Positions 29,924-39,076 of a DNA stretch of 64,000 bases are shown here, one piece after another (the stretch's first letter is position 1; every line of letters begins with the position of its first letter). The translations under genes and the position numbers were made by a program. Origin of the DNA: Candidatus Multivoradales bacterium (GTDB lineage: Bacteria; Acidobacteriota; Thermoanaerobaculia; Multivoradales; Multivoraceae). The stretch lies in NCBI GenBank assembly GCA_965223325.1, contig CBDCWI010000001.1:1472001-1536000 (forward strand), written 5' to 3'. The notes beneath the pieces were generated by a model that made no database searches, was not told where the DNA came from, and was given only the letters and a program-made list of their open reading frames with translations.

Positions 29924-30115
29924 TTGCCTCGCGAGTCGTTTCTTCTGCGCACGGATCCCAAGCTGCTCGACGCCCTCAAGCGTTGGGCAGCTGACGAGCT
30001 GCGGAGCTCCAACGCCCAGCTCGAGTTCGTACTGCGCGACGCACTCAGGAAGGCCGGCCGCCTGCCGCAGGACAGGCCGGCCTCGAAAGGCGACCCGGGT
30101 GCCACTTCAGGGTGA
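29924..30115 (+). CDS. Arc-like ribbon-helix-helix protein
   Basis: SFLLRTDPKLLDALKRWAADELRSSNAQLE, a typical partner of this SPFH subfamily. Confidence 0.8.
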   Translation: MPRESFLLRTDPKLLDALKRWAADELRSSNAQLEFVLRDALRKAGRLPQDRPASKGDPGATSG

Positions 30116-30119
30116 GACG

Positions 30120-30152
30120 GCCCGGGCAATGCCCGGGCAATGGCCGGGCAAT
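30120..30152. repeat. Tandem 11-mer G(C/G)CCGGGCAAT x3
   Basis: Read directly; intergenic between convergent genes. Confidence 0.7.
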
Positions 30153-30200
30153 CGACTGGGGTGGTTCTGGGAATGTTCGGAAAACTCGGAAGCCCGCCCT

Positions 30201-30971
30201 CTACCGCCCCGGCCATCCGATCGGTTCGTTCTTCTCGCCCTTCTTCTGGAAGGCGTCCGAGCCGGCCTTGCGGTCCTCGGAGTTCATCACCCGGGTCTGC
30301 ACGATATCGGTGATTTGATCGACGGCGTGATAGTCGAGCGAACTGGCCCGCACCATCGACTCCTTCATTCCCTGCACCGCCATCGGGCTCAGCTCGCAGA
30401 TGCGCTCTGCCGCCTTCTCGGCCTCGGCCATCACCTGGTCGGCCGGTACTACCTTGTTTACCATTCCCACCTGATAGGCGCGCTCGGCCGACACACGCTC
30501 GGCCTGGAGGAGTAGCTCCGAGGCGATCGCCCAGGGCATGATGCGCGGAAACCAGCCGCAAGGGATCGTGGCAATCCCCCACTGCGGCTCCGGCAACCAG
30601 AACGACACGTCGTCGGCAGCAATGCGAATGTCGGTATCGAGCGCGATCCACATGCCGTAGCCCACAACGTGGCTGTGCATTGCCGCGATGATCGGTTTGT
30701 AGACACGCTGGGTCTGGGTGATGTCGGGAAACGAAGACGGATAGACGTAGTTCTCGGGCGCACCGCCGGTGAGGTCTGCGCCGGCGCTGAAACAACGCCC
30801 GTTGCCGGAGAGGATCGCAACCCGAAGATTCGGGTCGTCGCGAAAGTCCGCCCATGCTCGCCCGAGATCCTCGTGCATCTGCGCGTTCATCGCGTTGAGC
30901 TTCTTGGGGCGGTTCAGACGCACGTAAGCGACCGCGCCCTTCTTTTCGTATTCGACGGTTTCGAGCTGCAT
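30201..30971 (-). CDS. Enoyl-CoA hydratase/isomerase family protein
   Basis: LNRPKKLNA, FSAGADL, KPIIAA and LPEPQWG motifs. Confidence 0.92.
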   Translation of the reverse strand: MQLETVEYEKKGAVAYVRLNRPKKLNAMNAQMHEDLGRAWADFRDDPNLRVAILSGNGRCFSAGADLTGGAPENYVYPSSFPDITQTQRVYKPIIAAMHSHVVGYGMWIALDTDIRIAADDVSFWLPEPQWGIATIPCGWFPRIMPWAIASELLLQAERVSAERAYQVGMVNKVVPADQVMAEAEKAAERICELSPMAVQGMKESMVRASSLDYHAVDQITDIVQTRVMNSEDRKAGSDAFQKKGEKNEPIGWPGR

Positions 30972-31042
30972 TGTCCTCTCCTGGCGTTGGGTGGTGAACT
31001 CCAGCTTACGCCGAGTGGCTCTGGACCCAGGAGAGGACGGTA

Positions 31043-32599
31043 CTACTCGGGCCGTGATGACGACCAGGCGTCGTGACCGCCAGTTTCGAACCCGTCCGAG
31101 AACACCGTCGAGTACGCCAGGAGATGCAGCTCGAAGCCGATCTCAGGTGATGTCATTCCCACCAAGAAACCCTTGGCACTGAGGCCTCCGAGGTAATTAG
31201 GGCTCATCGTTCCGGACAACTCGTAGGTTCCCATGTCGTTGATGCCGACGAGCGGATCATAGGAAAGGAACTGAACGCTCTCGGAGGTGGCGCCTGGCCG
31301 CCTGATGGCGACCAGGCGCTTGCCTTCATACCTGCCTTCCGGTGCGAACCACGGAATCTCTAGTGGATAGGAGCGCATCCCGCAACCCTCGCATGCGTCC
31401 GTCACGCCGACGGTCATTCCCGAGTCGTGCTGATACCGATACAACCGGGAACCTTCGCCGATGTCTGTCCACAGCCAAAGCTGTTCGGGCGATTGGCCTG
31501 CCGCCCAGAGATTGGGGCCGTGGCAAGGGTGCTCCGAGCAGCTCAGTACGAGTCTCGTCCCCACAGCCGTTCCGTCCGAAACATAGACGTTCTTGAACCG
31601 GAAGTAACCGTTTGGCTCAACCAACACCATCAACTCATCACCCAGGTAGTAGCCATACGCGTTCTCGTCCGGGTCGTTCCACTCAAAAAGCGTAGTCGTC
31701 TCTCCCGTCTCCAGGTCCAGGGCATCAAAACGGCTCGTAATGCCATCCCAGAGCCTGGCAACGGCCCAACCATCGAAGACGTGGGTCGTCTCGAGTGGAA
31801 CCTCACCGAGAAACTCATCGAGGAGCGCGAAGTCGGTTCGAAAGAGCCGGCAGTTTCCCTCCGCCGCCTCGGCGGTCGTGCAGTAGTGGCGCGTCGTTTC
31901 CGTTCCCCGAAAGAAGCGGTGAAAGCCGTCGCCCGGCCCCATCCACACCGTCGTGCCAGCAGCCGAACCGTCTCCGTAAATCAGACTAAAGCCGCCCTCT
32001 TCCTCAACACGCCAGAAGAGAAACCCCCCGTTCACGAGGCCGTTACGTGCCGGAAAAATCTGCGTCCCTGGGGGGTCAATCTCCATCGGAGCAGTACCGG
32101 AAGGGCTCCCGTCACTCATCCAGTACGTGTTGTCGCCAACACCCCTTTCGAGGAAGACAAAGGAGTCGCCCGCTCCGAATCCATCCTTGACACTAAAGTT
32201 CCCAGTGCGACCGACGACTTTACGCGTGCCGGCTCTCGTACCATCCGACGCCCAGACCTCGGCGCCCTCGTCCCGGGCGACAAGCCAGAAGAGATGCGTC
32301 GAACTGCTGCGAACGTACAGCTCGTTGCTCCAGAAAGGACCGAGGCGAAACGTTCCCTCAGGCGTGCCATCGGTGCGCCACACTCCAAAGGGCTCCCCTC
32401 CGCCGAAAAAGGCCACTCCATTGAGCCAAGGAACCGCTGAGTACGGCAAGAGACCGTTCTCCATGCCAGACGATAGGTCGAGTAGCACCTGAGGCGGTAG
32501 CAACCTCGTTGGAGGCCCACTCCCCTGGGCCGGAGCGTCGAAGGCAACACAGGCCAGAGCGAGCAGGAGAACAGTCGGCCGGAGCTGCAGAGAGAGCAT
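31043..32599 (-). CDS. Secreted ELWxxDGT-repeat-like beta-propeller protein with a C-terminal FxDGFETGxxxxWS motif
   Basis: Signal peptide; VWRTDGTPEGT, VWASDGTRAGT, WMSDGSPSGT and VYVSDGTAVGT repeats. Confidence 0.72.
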   Translation of the reverse strand: MLSLQLRPTVLLLALACVAFDAPAQGSGPPTRLLPPQVLLDLSSGMENGLLPYSAVPWLNGVAFFGGGEPFGVWRTDGTPEGTFRLGPFWSNELYVRSSSTHLFWLVARDEGAEVWASDGTRAGTRKVVGRTGNFSVKDGFGAGDSFVFLERGVGDNTYWMSDGSPSGTAPMEIDPPGTQIFPARNGLVNGGFLFWRVEEEGGFSLIYGDGSAAGTTVWMGPGDGFHRFFRGTETTRHYCTTAEAAEGNCRLFRTDFALLDEFLGEVPLETTHVFDGWAVARLWDGITSRFDALDLETGETTTLFEWNDPDENAYGYYLGDELMVLVEPNGYFRFKNVYVSDGTAVGTRLVLSCSEHPCHGPNLWAAGQSPEQLWLWTDIGEGSRLYRYQHDSGMTVGVTDACEGCGMRSYPLEIPWFAPEGRYEGKRLVAIRRPGATSESVQFLSYDPLVGINDMGTYELSGTMSPNYLGGLSAKGFLVGMTSPEIGFELHLLAYSTVFSDGFETGGHDAWSSSRPE

Positions 32600-32753
32600 C
32601 TCCCATTCTATCGTGCCTTGTCGTCACCTCTCACCGGGCTGTGCGCCAATCTGCGATCTACCCCTCGCCGAATCGCCTCGGCGTGCATCGAAAGGTCTCT
32701 GGCTCCGCACATCTCGGGCGGTATCCTGCGCTCGGAGACCTGGCTTACACGCC

Positions 32754-32782
32754 ATGTAACTTACATTGGATGTAACTTACAT
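32754..32782. promoter_or_regulatory. Duplicated palindrome ATGTAACTTACAT (16-bp period)
   Basis: Exact copies at 32754-32766 and 32770-32782; TTGACT on the minus strand nearby. Confidence 0.55.
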
Positions 32783-32831
32783 GAGAGGTAAGTCAAACAA
32801 GCCCCTCGCACTGTCTCTGGGACACCGTCTT

Positions 32832-34118
32832 TCAGCCAACTACCTCAAACGACGCACTCCAGACGTGCGCGCCCCAGCGAATCTCGATCCGGCCACTCTG
32901 ACCGTCTTCTGAATTGACCTCGAACTCGAGCGCGCGCACGGGGGATTCGGCTTGCGAGTGCACCAGCGGCACAACTAGAACGTTCTTCTCCTCGTGATAC
33001 ATCGAACCCCAAACGTCTGGCAGGCTGTTCCAGACCAGGCCATAGTCGTTGCCTTCCCGACGCAGCCACAGGCTATATGCGCCCGGATAGCCCGGAGCGT
33101 GGTTCTCGGCGGGCGCGATCTGCCCGTTGCCGAAGTCGAGATCCTGGTCGGTGAGGAGCTTGATCGCCGGGTCTTCGTAGAACTCGAGGACCTGCGGTGA
33201 CGGGCCGTCGATGAACTGGGCGAAGCTGTCGCGACTCGCCGGCTCCTTGACGAAGAAGATCTGGACCAGGCCGCCTGCGATCTCCGCCTCTGCCCTCGGC
33301 CGGCCACCCGAAAGCAGCGAACCGCCCCCTCCACGACGGTTGACCGTGCCGCGCTCACCCGAGAGGTCGCCCGAGAAGCCCGCACTCGGAGCGCCGAATG
33401 TACCGACGAGATAGTCGGCTTCGCGCTTCATCGCGATCTGGAGGGCGCCGAAGCTCGCCTCGAACGACAGTACCAACTGGCCTTCGTCGTCGATCTTGGC
33501 GTCGTCGATGGGTTGGTCGCCGTTTTGACCGACGAGTAGCGCCGCCACCTTGCTCTCGCGTTCCTCGAGTATCAAGCCAAAGGAGAGACGGTTGCCCGCC
33601 AGCTCGGCATCGAGGATCCATTCACCGAGGTACTCCTCGGCTTCGTTGGCATCGAGCTGGGTAACAGCAGGAGGCACCAACTCGACGACCTTGGGTTCGG
33701 GCTTCTGGACCTCACGGACCCCACTCACCGGGAAGCTGCCCGCCGGAGTCGTGATGGTGCCGGCAAGGGAATCGCCATCGAGCGTCGCCTTGAGCGCAGA
33801 TGTGAAGCCGGAACCGTCTTCGTAGCTGCGTACTTCGAAGGTCACGGCGTTGCCCCCCCACTCGAGGTGGTTGAGAGGCTCGTCACCATCTTCTGTGAGC
33901 CACACACCCTGCATGCCACCGGCACCCGGACGAAGGCGAATAGTCGCTTCGCCGGCCTCGTCACCTGTCTCGAGTGAGAGCGTCCAGGTACCGAAGAACG
34001 GTGTGGCATCGTTGGCATCTTGCCCATGGGCCGGCAAGGGCACCAGTACAAGGAGCGACATCGTGGCCAACAGAGCCGTAGCCGCACAGAGTCCAGGAAC
34101 GACGAGACCACTTCGCAT
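32832..34118 (-). CDS. Secreted multi-beta-barrel hypothetical protein
   Basis: Signal peptide after a GGAG SD; repeated (F/L)GxWxL modules; C-terminal PGAYSLW...IRWG domain reminiscent of DUF2911. Confidence 0.65.
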   Translation of the reverse strand: MRSGLVVPGLCAATALLATMSLLVLVPLPAHGQDANDATPFFGTWTLSLETGDEAGEATIRLRPGAGGMQGVWLTEDGDEPLNHLEWGGNAVTFEVRSYEDGSGFTSALKATLDGDSLAGTITTPAGSFPVSGVREVQKPEPKVVELVPPAVTQLDANEAEEYLGEWILDAELAGNRLSFGLILEERESKVAALLVGQNGDQPIDDAKIDDEGQLVLSFEASFGALQIAMKREADYLVGTFGAPSAGFSGDLSGERGTVNRRGGGGSLLSGGRPRAEAEIAGGLVQIFFVKEPASRDSFAQFIDGPSPQVLEFYEDPAIKLLTDQDLDFGNGQIAPAENHAPGYPGAYSLWLRREGNDYGLVWNSLPDVWGSMYHEEKNVLVVPLVHSQAESPVRALEFEVNSEDGQSGRIEIRWGAHVWSASFEVVG

Positions 34119-34231
34119 GAGCCTTCTCCACGAGTCGTTGACGGCCAACGCGGCCGCAGCATGAGCGAATACGGCAGTGTACACAGCACCTGACCTTGGT
34201 CGAACTCCCCGCGAGACGCTCCGACGCGGGC

Positions 34232-36676
34232 TCAGAATCGCACGCGCTCGAAGGCCATCCAACGATCGCCGCTGTGAACCGGTGCCGCAAACGGTTTCCG
34301 CGCGGCTTCGAGCGCGGCGGCGACCGGTGGCAGATCTTGTAGCACGTCCATGATCAGGTGTTCGTAGGGCTCGGAAGAGGCGAGCTCGAGCACCACTTCG
34401 ACGCCCTCTGGAGGAACGGCGTACACCGTCACGGACTCGTGGGTGCCTCCGGTTGGCCGCTCCTCGCGCAGTGCGGCATCGAAGCCGGCAACCCAGGCGT
34501 TTCGGAGCCCAGCATCTCGATCGACGAACAGGCGCAGAATGCTCGCTGCACGCCTCGACTGCAAGTGCAGCGTCACCCGCTGCACTCCTTCTCGCACTTC
34601 TCGCGCAACAACCCGGGCCATCGGAATGCCCCCGGTTTCTTCGCTTTCTTCTTCACCGGCCGATGCGAGGGTCTCGGGCAGCGGTACCCAGGTGGCCTCG
34701 GCGACGAGGCCGCCATTCGGTCGGCCCGGCATCACCTGGTCGTCGTGCTCGAACTCTGCGACGTCAGAAAACGCTGGCGGTAGCGGACCGTCGGCGATCG
34801 CCCACCAGCGAGCAGTCTCGAGATCGAGATCTTGGACGTAACGAAGAGCGAGCGGCTGCTGTCGCCATTCGGTGTAGAGCGGAGTCGTTGCGACCCCGAC
34901 GAGGGCGACGAGCAACAACCCGACCGCGATCGCGAGCACCCATCCGGACTGCGACAGTCTGCCAAGCCCCGATGAAGCGCCTCCCTGCCGGCGAAAGGCA
35001 AGTGCAGGCGTCAAAGTGAGCAGGCAGAAAGCCAGCGGCACATAAAACGACGGGGCGAGTTTGTAGCCCTGCGACTCGATCATCAGCGGCACCAGGCCAA
35101 GCAGGTAGACCACGCTCGAAAGCGCTGCAACGACCGTCGCGACCACCCAGACAGGGGAGTTTCCGCCGCGATCGATCGTGGCGGCGACCAGAGTCGCAGC
35201 GCCAGCCACCAGCACCGGCACCAGGAAAGGACTCGCAGCGAGCGGCGCGACCGCCGCGATGAGAAGCGCCATCGCGGCCATCCAGAACCAGGCCCCATTG
35301 CGCATCGCTTGAAACCCGAGCCGCCGCGCCAGCGGCCCGCCAAACAACGACCAACCCATGAACGCCGACGAGAAGACCAACAAGCGCCATGGCCACTCGG
35401 TTCCTGGCCAAGAAGGCGTTGCCCCGGCAAGCCGGTGGGCCACCAGAAGCGCGAAGGCCGTGGTACCGAGAGTGGCCAACAGAACCACCAGGGCACCGAA
35501 GACCGCCAACACGCTTCGACCGAGAGAACTCGAACCCCGCCCACCGAGCGCTCCAATCACGAGCAACAACGTCCCCAGGATCGCCAGCGGCAGCGACAGC
35601 GACTCGCGCCACATCGCCCAGACGTCGAGCATCGTGGTGTAGGAGTACTCACCGTCGATCTCCTCGAGATCTCGTTCGACGAGCGCACGCATGAGCGGCA
35701 GGATGTTGTCGCCGTGGTGTTGCAACGTGCCGAGATCGAGGTTCTCGACTCGGTCGAGCGGCGAGTGGTAGTGCGGGCGCTCGGCGGCGAATGCGAAGTC
35801 GAGCCCCTTCTTGCCGGCGCGAATGGCGACCGAAAAGTCGGTGTCGTTCGGCATACGCCTGAAGATCTCGGTGGCGATCGAGCTCGCCATCGGATGCGGC
35901 GCGGCTTCACGATAGAGCTTGACCAGATCACCACTGCCGGGGCTGCTGCGCAGGAGATTGCTCGGTCCCGCGGTTCCCGACCCTTCAATATTGATCACCA
36001 CCGCCACCTGCTCGCGCGCGGGGTGCTGTCCGAAGAACGCTTCGGCACCAAACAGCCCCTCTTCCTCACCGTCGGTGATCACCGCCTGAACAGTGTTGCG
36101 AAAGCGCCGGCCGAGCGTCCGCTGCTCTCTGGCCAGGGCACGCATCACTTCGATGATCGTCGCCACCCCAGCGCCATCGTCGCCCGCGCCGGGCGCATCG
36201 GTCGTCGAGTCGTAGTGCGCCATCAACACGATGCTGGCCGGCGACTCACCGGGTAAGACTCCGATGACGTTTTCTACGAAGCCGCAGTGGGCGACATTGC
36301 GAATGCAGACCATCGCCCGCTGTTCGGCTACCTGGGTCCCGGCCTCGTCGAGCTTCTCGATCACCCGCCTTTTCACGGCGCGGTTCGCCGCGCTGCCCAT
36401 TGGATGAGGTTTCTGGTCACCCAGGAGGTAAGCCAGAGTGTCGCGCGCCTCGAGCGCCGAAAAGCGGTCGGAATCGGTCCCCGTGCGGCCTCTGTCGACG
36501 GGTTCGGGGACCTCCGCTGCGGTCCAGGTCAGGAGCGCCGCAAGCGCCGCAAAGAAAAGCGACAGCGGTAGGACGTATGAACCAAGGCGCGGCTCTCTCG
36601 CACCAGAACGAGGTGGGCTGGCCTCCATGGACGGCTCCTGGATGGGTCGTTCTCTAGCAGAATTCGAGGGGGCCAC
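34232..36676 (-). CDS. Integral-membrane M28 family peptidase
   Basis: AHYDS, GAGDDGAGV, DGEEEGLFGA, NDTDF and YHSPLD; many TMs follow. Confidence 0.9.
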   Translation of the reverse strand: MAPSNSARERPIQEPSMEASPPRSGAREPRLGSYVLPLSLFFAALAALLTWTAAEVPEPVDRGRTGTDSDRFSALEARDTLAYLLGDQKPHPMGSAANRAVKRRVIEKLDEAGTQVAEQRAMVCIRNVAHCGFVENVIGVLPGESPASIVLMAHYDSTTDAPGAGDDGAGVATIIEVMRALAREQRTLGRRFRNTVQAVITDGEEEGLFGAEAFFGQHPAREQVAVVINIEGSGTAGPSNLLRSSPGSGDLVKLYREAAPHPMASSIATEIFRRMPNDTDFSVAIRAGKKGLDFAFAAERPHYHSPLDRVENLDLGTLQHHGDNILPLMRALVERDLEEIDGEYSYTTMLDVWAMWRESLSLPLAILGTLLLVIGALGGRGSSSLGRSVLAVFGALVVLLATLGTTAFALLVAHRLAGATPSWPGTEWPWRLLVFSSAFMGWSLFGGPLARRLGFQAMRNGAWFWMAAMALLIAAVAPLAASPFLVPVLVAGAATLVAATIDRGGNSPVWVVATVVAALSSVVYLLGLVPLMIESQGYKLAPSFYVPLAFCLLTLTPALAFRRQGGASSGLGRLSQSGWVLAIAVGLLLVALVGVATTPLYTEWRQQPLALRYVQDLDLETARWWAIADGPLPPAFSDVAEFEHDDQVMPGRPNGGLVAEATWVPLPETLASAGEEESEETGGIPMARVVAREVREGVQRVTLHLQSRRAASILRLFVDRDAGLRNAWVAGFDAALREERPTGGTHESVTVYAVPPEGVEVVLELASSEPYEHLIMDVLQDLPPVAAALEAARKPFAAPVHSGDRWMAFERVRF

Positions 36677-36820
36677 GGCAGTCTACCGATGTCCCGTCCC
36701 CTCCCCGAGACGCCGTCCCACGCTCGCCAGCCGCCGGCCTCCTTGCATAGCACGGCAGCTCCTCCTACCATCCAGCGGATACCCTGAGCCAACGCAACTA
36801 CTCTCCCAGGAGACTTCTGC

Positions 36821-37567
36821 ATGGACATTCTCGTTGCCGAGATCGTCGGCACCGCCATTCTGATCGTCATCGGCTGCGGCGTGAACGCCAACGTCAGCCT
36901 CGGGCGCACCAACGGCCACGGTTCCGGCTGGATCGTCATCACGACCGGGTGGGGACTCGCCGTTGCAATGGGCGCCTACGCCGTCGGTCGCCTGAGCGGG
37001 GCCCACTTGAACCCGGCGGTCACCCTTGGCCTGTGGTCGATCGGCGAGGTCGAAACCGCCAAGCTCCTGCCCTACATTGCGGGTGAGATGATCGGCGCAT
37101 TCCTGGGAGCAGTGATCGTCTGGGTGGCCTACAAGAACCACTTCGACGCCACTTCCGACCCCGACGCCAAACTCGGCACCTTCTCGACCGCGCCGTCGAT
37201 CCCGAACACGCCCTGGAACTTCGCCACCGAGTTCATCGGCACGTTTGTCTTGATGTTCGGCATCCTCGCCATTGGCGCCAACGCCGGTGAGATGACCAAC
37301 GGCGACTTCGACCTGTCCTCGGTCTTCAGCTCGGGGATCAACCCGCTGCTCGTCGGCTTCCTGGTCTGGGCGATTGGCCTGGCAATCGGTGGGCCCACCG
37401 GCTACGCCATCAACCCCGCCCGCGACCTCGGGCCGCGCATCGCGCACGCGATCCTGCCCATTCCCGCCAAACGCGACTCGAACTGGGGCTACGCCTGGCT
37501 ACCGGTGGTCGCACCCATCGCCGGCGGCGTCGCCGGTGCAATGGTGTTTCAGATGTTGGGGTTCTAG
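36821..37567 (+). CDS. glpF: Glycerol uptake facilitator (aquaglyceroporin)
   Basis: SGAHLNPAVT and GYAINPARDLGPR NPA motifs. Confidence 0.95.
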   Translation: MDILVAEIVGTAILIVIGCGVNANVSLGRTNGHGSGWIVITTGWGLAVAMGAYAVGRLSGAHLNPAVTLGLWSIGEVETAKLLPYIAGEMIGAFLGAVIVWVAYKNHFDATSDPDAKLGTFSTAPSIPNTPWNFATEFIGTFVLMFGILAIGANAGEMTNGDFDLSSVFSSGINPLLVGFLVWAIGLAIGGPTGYAINPARDLGPRIAHAILPIPAKRDSNWGYAWLPVVAPIAGGVAGAMVFQMLGF

Positions 37568-37570
37568 ACG

Positions 37571-39076
37571 ATGGCACGCTACGTACTCGCCCTCGACCAG
37601 GGCACGACCTCGAGCCGCAGCATCCTCTTCACCAAGAAGGGCCTGGTGAAGGCAACTGCTCAGCGCGAGTTTCCGCAGCTGTTTCCCGAACCGGGGCACG
37701 TCGAACACGACCCCGAAGCGATTTGGAAGAGTCAGTTGCGAACGGCCCGTGCGGCAATCAAGAAGGCCAAGGCAAGGCCCGGCGACATCGCCGCTATCGG
37801 CATCACCAACCAGCGCGAGACCATCGTCTTGTGGGACCGCAACACGGGCAAGCCGGTCGCCAACGCCATCGTCTGGCAGAGCCGCATCACCGCGCCGCTG
37901 TGCGAGAAGCTCAAAGCGGCAGGTCATGAGGCGACGTTCCGCCGCAAGACCGGCCTGGTGCTCGACCCGTACTTCTCGGGTACCAAGATCCGTTACCTGC
38001 TGGACAAGCACAAGCTGCACGCCAGAGCGCGGCGCGGTGAGATCCTCGCGGGCACGATCGACACCTTCTTGCTATGGCGCTTGACCGGCGGTCGCGTGCA
38101 CGCGACCGACCCGTCGAACGCCAGCCGCACCCTGCTGTTCAACATCCGCACGCAGAAGTGGGACAAGAAGCTCCTCGACATCATGGGAGTTCCGCGCAAG
38201 ATGCTGCCCGAGGTGCGCGACTCGAGTGGCGTCTTCGGTCACACAGACGAAAAACTCTTCGGGAAGGCCATCCCGATTGCCGGAATCGCTGGCGATCAGC
38301 AGGCCGCTACCTTCGGCCAGACCTGCTTCAAGAAGGGCATGGTCAAGAACACCTACGGCACCGGTTGCTTCATCTTGATGAACACCGGTGATGCGGCGGT
38401 GACCTCGAAGAACGGGCTCTTGACCACGGTCGGCTGGCGAATCAGCGGCCGCGTGACCTATTGCCTCGAGGGCTCGGTGTTCGTTGGCGGTGCGGCGGTG
38501 CAGTGGCTGCGCGACGGACTCGGTTTGATCTCCAAATCAACCGACGTCGAAAAACTGGCGCGCACCGTCCCCGACAATGGCGGGATCTACATGGTACCCG
38601 CCTTCGTCGGCCTCGGTACTCCGCACTGGGATCCTTATGCGCGCGGCCTGATCATCGGGCTCGAGCGCGGGACCACCGCCGGTCATGTCGCCCGGGCGAC
38701 CGTCGAGTCGATGGCCTTTCAGAGTCGCGATGTGGTGAGCGCCATGGAGGCCGACGCCGGTGTGCGCCTAAAAAGCGTCCGCGTCGACGGCGGCGCGGTG
38801 ATCAACAACGACCTGATGCAGTTCCAGGCCGACCTCTTCGGTCGTCCAATCCAACGCCCCCAGGTCCAGGAAACGACCGCTCTGGGTGCCGCCTACCTCG
38901 CCGGCCTGGCGGTTGGGTTCTGGAAGAACACCCGTGACCTCGAGGCCAACTGGAACCTCGACCGCGAGTTTCGTTCGCAGATTCACGCCAGCAAGCGCAA
39001 GAAGATGGTCGGCCAGTGGCAGCGCGCGGTTGAACGCTCGAAGGGCTGGGCTGACCCGAGCATTGCGACGCCGTGA
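37571..39076 (+). CDS. glpK: Glycerol kinase
   Basis: DQGTTSSR, TNQRET, GDQQAA and KNTYGTGCF motifs. Confidence 0.96.
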   Translation: MARYVLALDQGTTSSRSILFTKKGLVKATAQREFPQLFPEPGHVEHDPEAIWKSQLRTARAAIKKAKARPGDIAAIGITNQRETIVLWDRNTGKPVANAIVWQSRITAPLCEKLKAAGHEATFRRKTGLVLDPYFSGTKIRYLLDKHKLHARARRGEILAGTIDTFLLWRLTGGRVHATDPSNASRTLLFNIRTQKWDKKLLDIMGVPRKMLPEVRDSSGVFGHTDEKLFGKAIPIAGIAGDQQAATFGQTCFKKGMVKNTYGTGCFILMNTGDAAVTSKNGLLTTVGWRISGRVTYCLEGSVFVGGAAVQWLRDGLGLISKSTDVEKLARTVPDNGGIYMVPAFVGLGTPHWDPYARGLIIGLERGTTAGHVARATVESMAFQSRDVVSAMEADAGVRLKSVRVDGGAVINNDLMQFQADLFGRPIQRPQVQETTALGAAYLAGLAVGFWKNTRDLEANWNLDREFRSQIHASKRKKMVGQWQRAVERSKGWADPSIATP

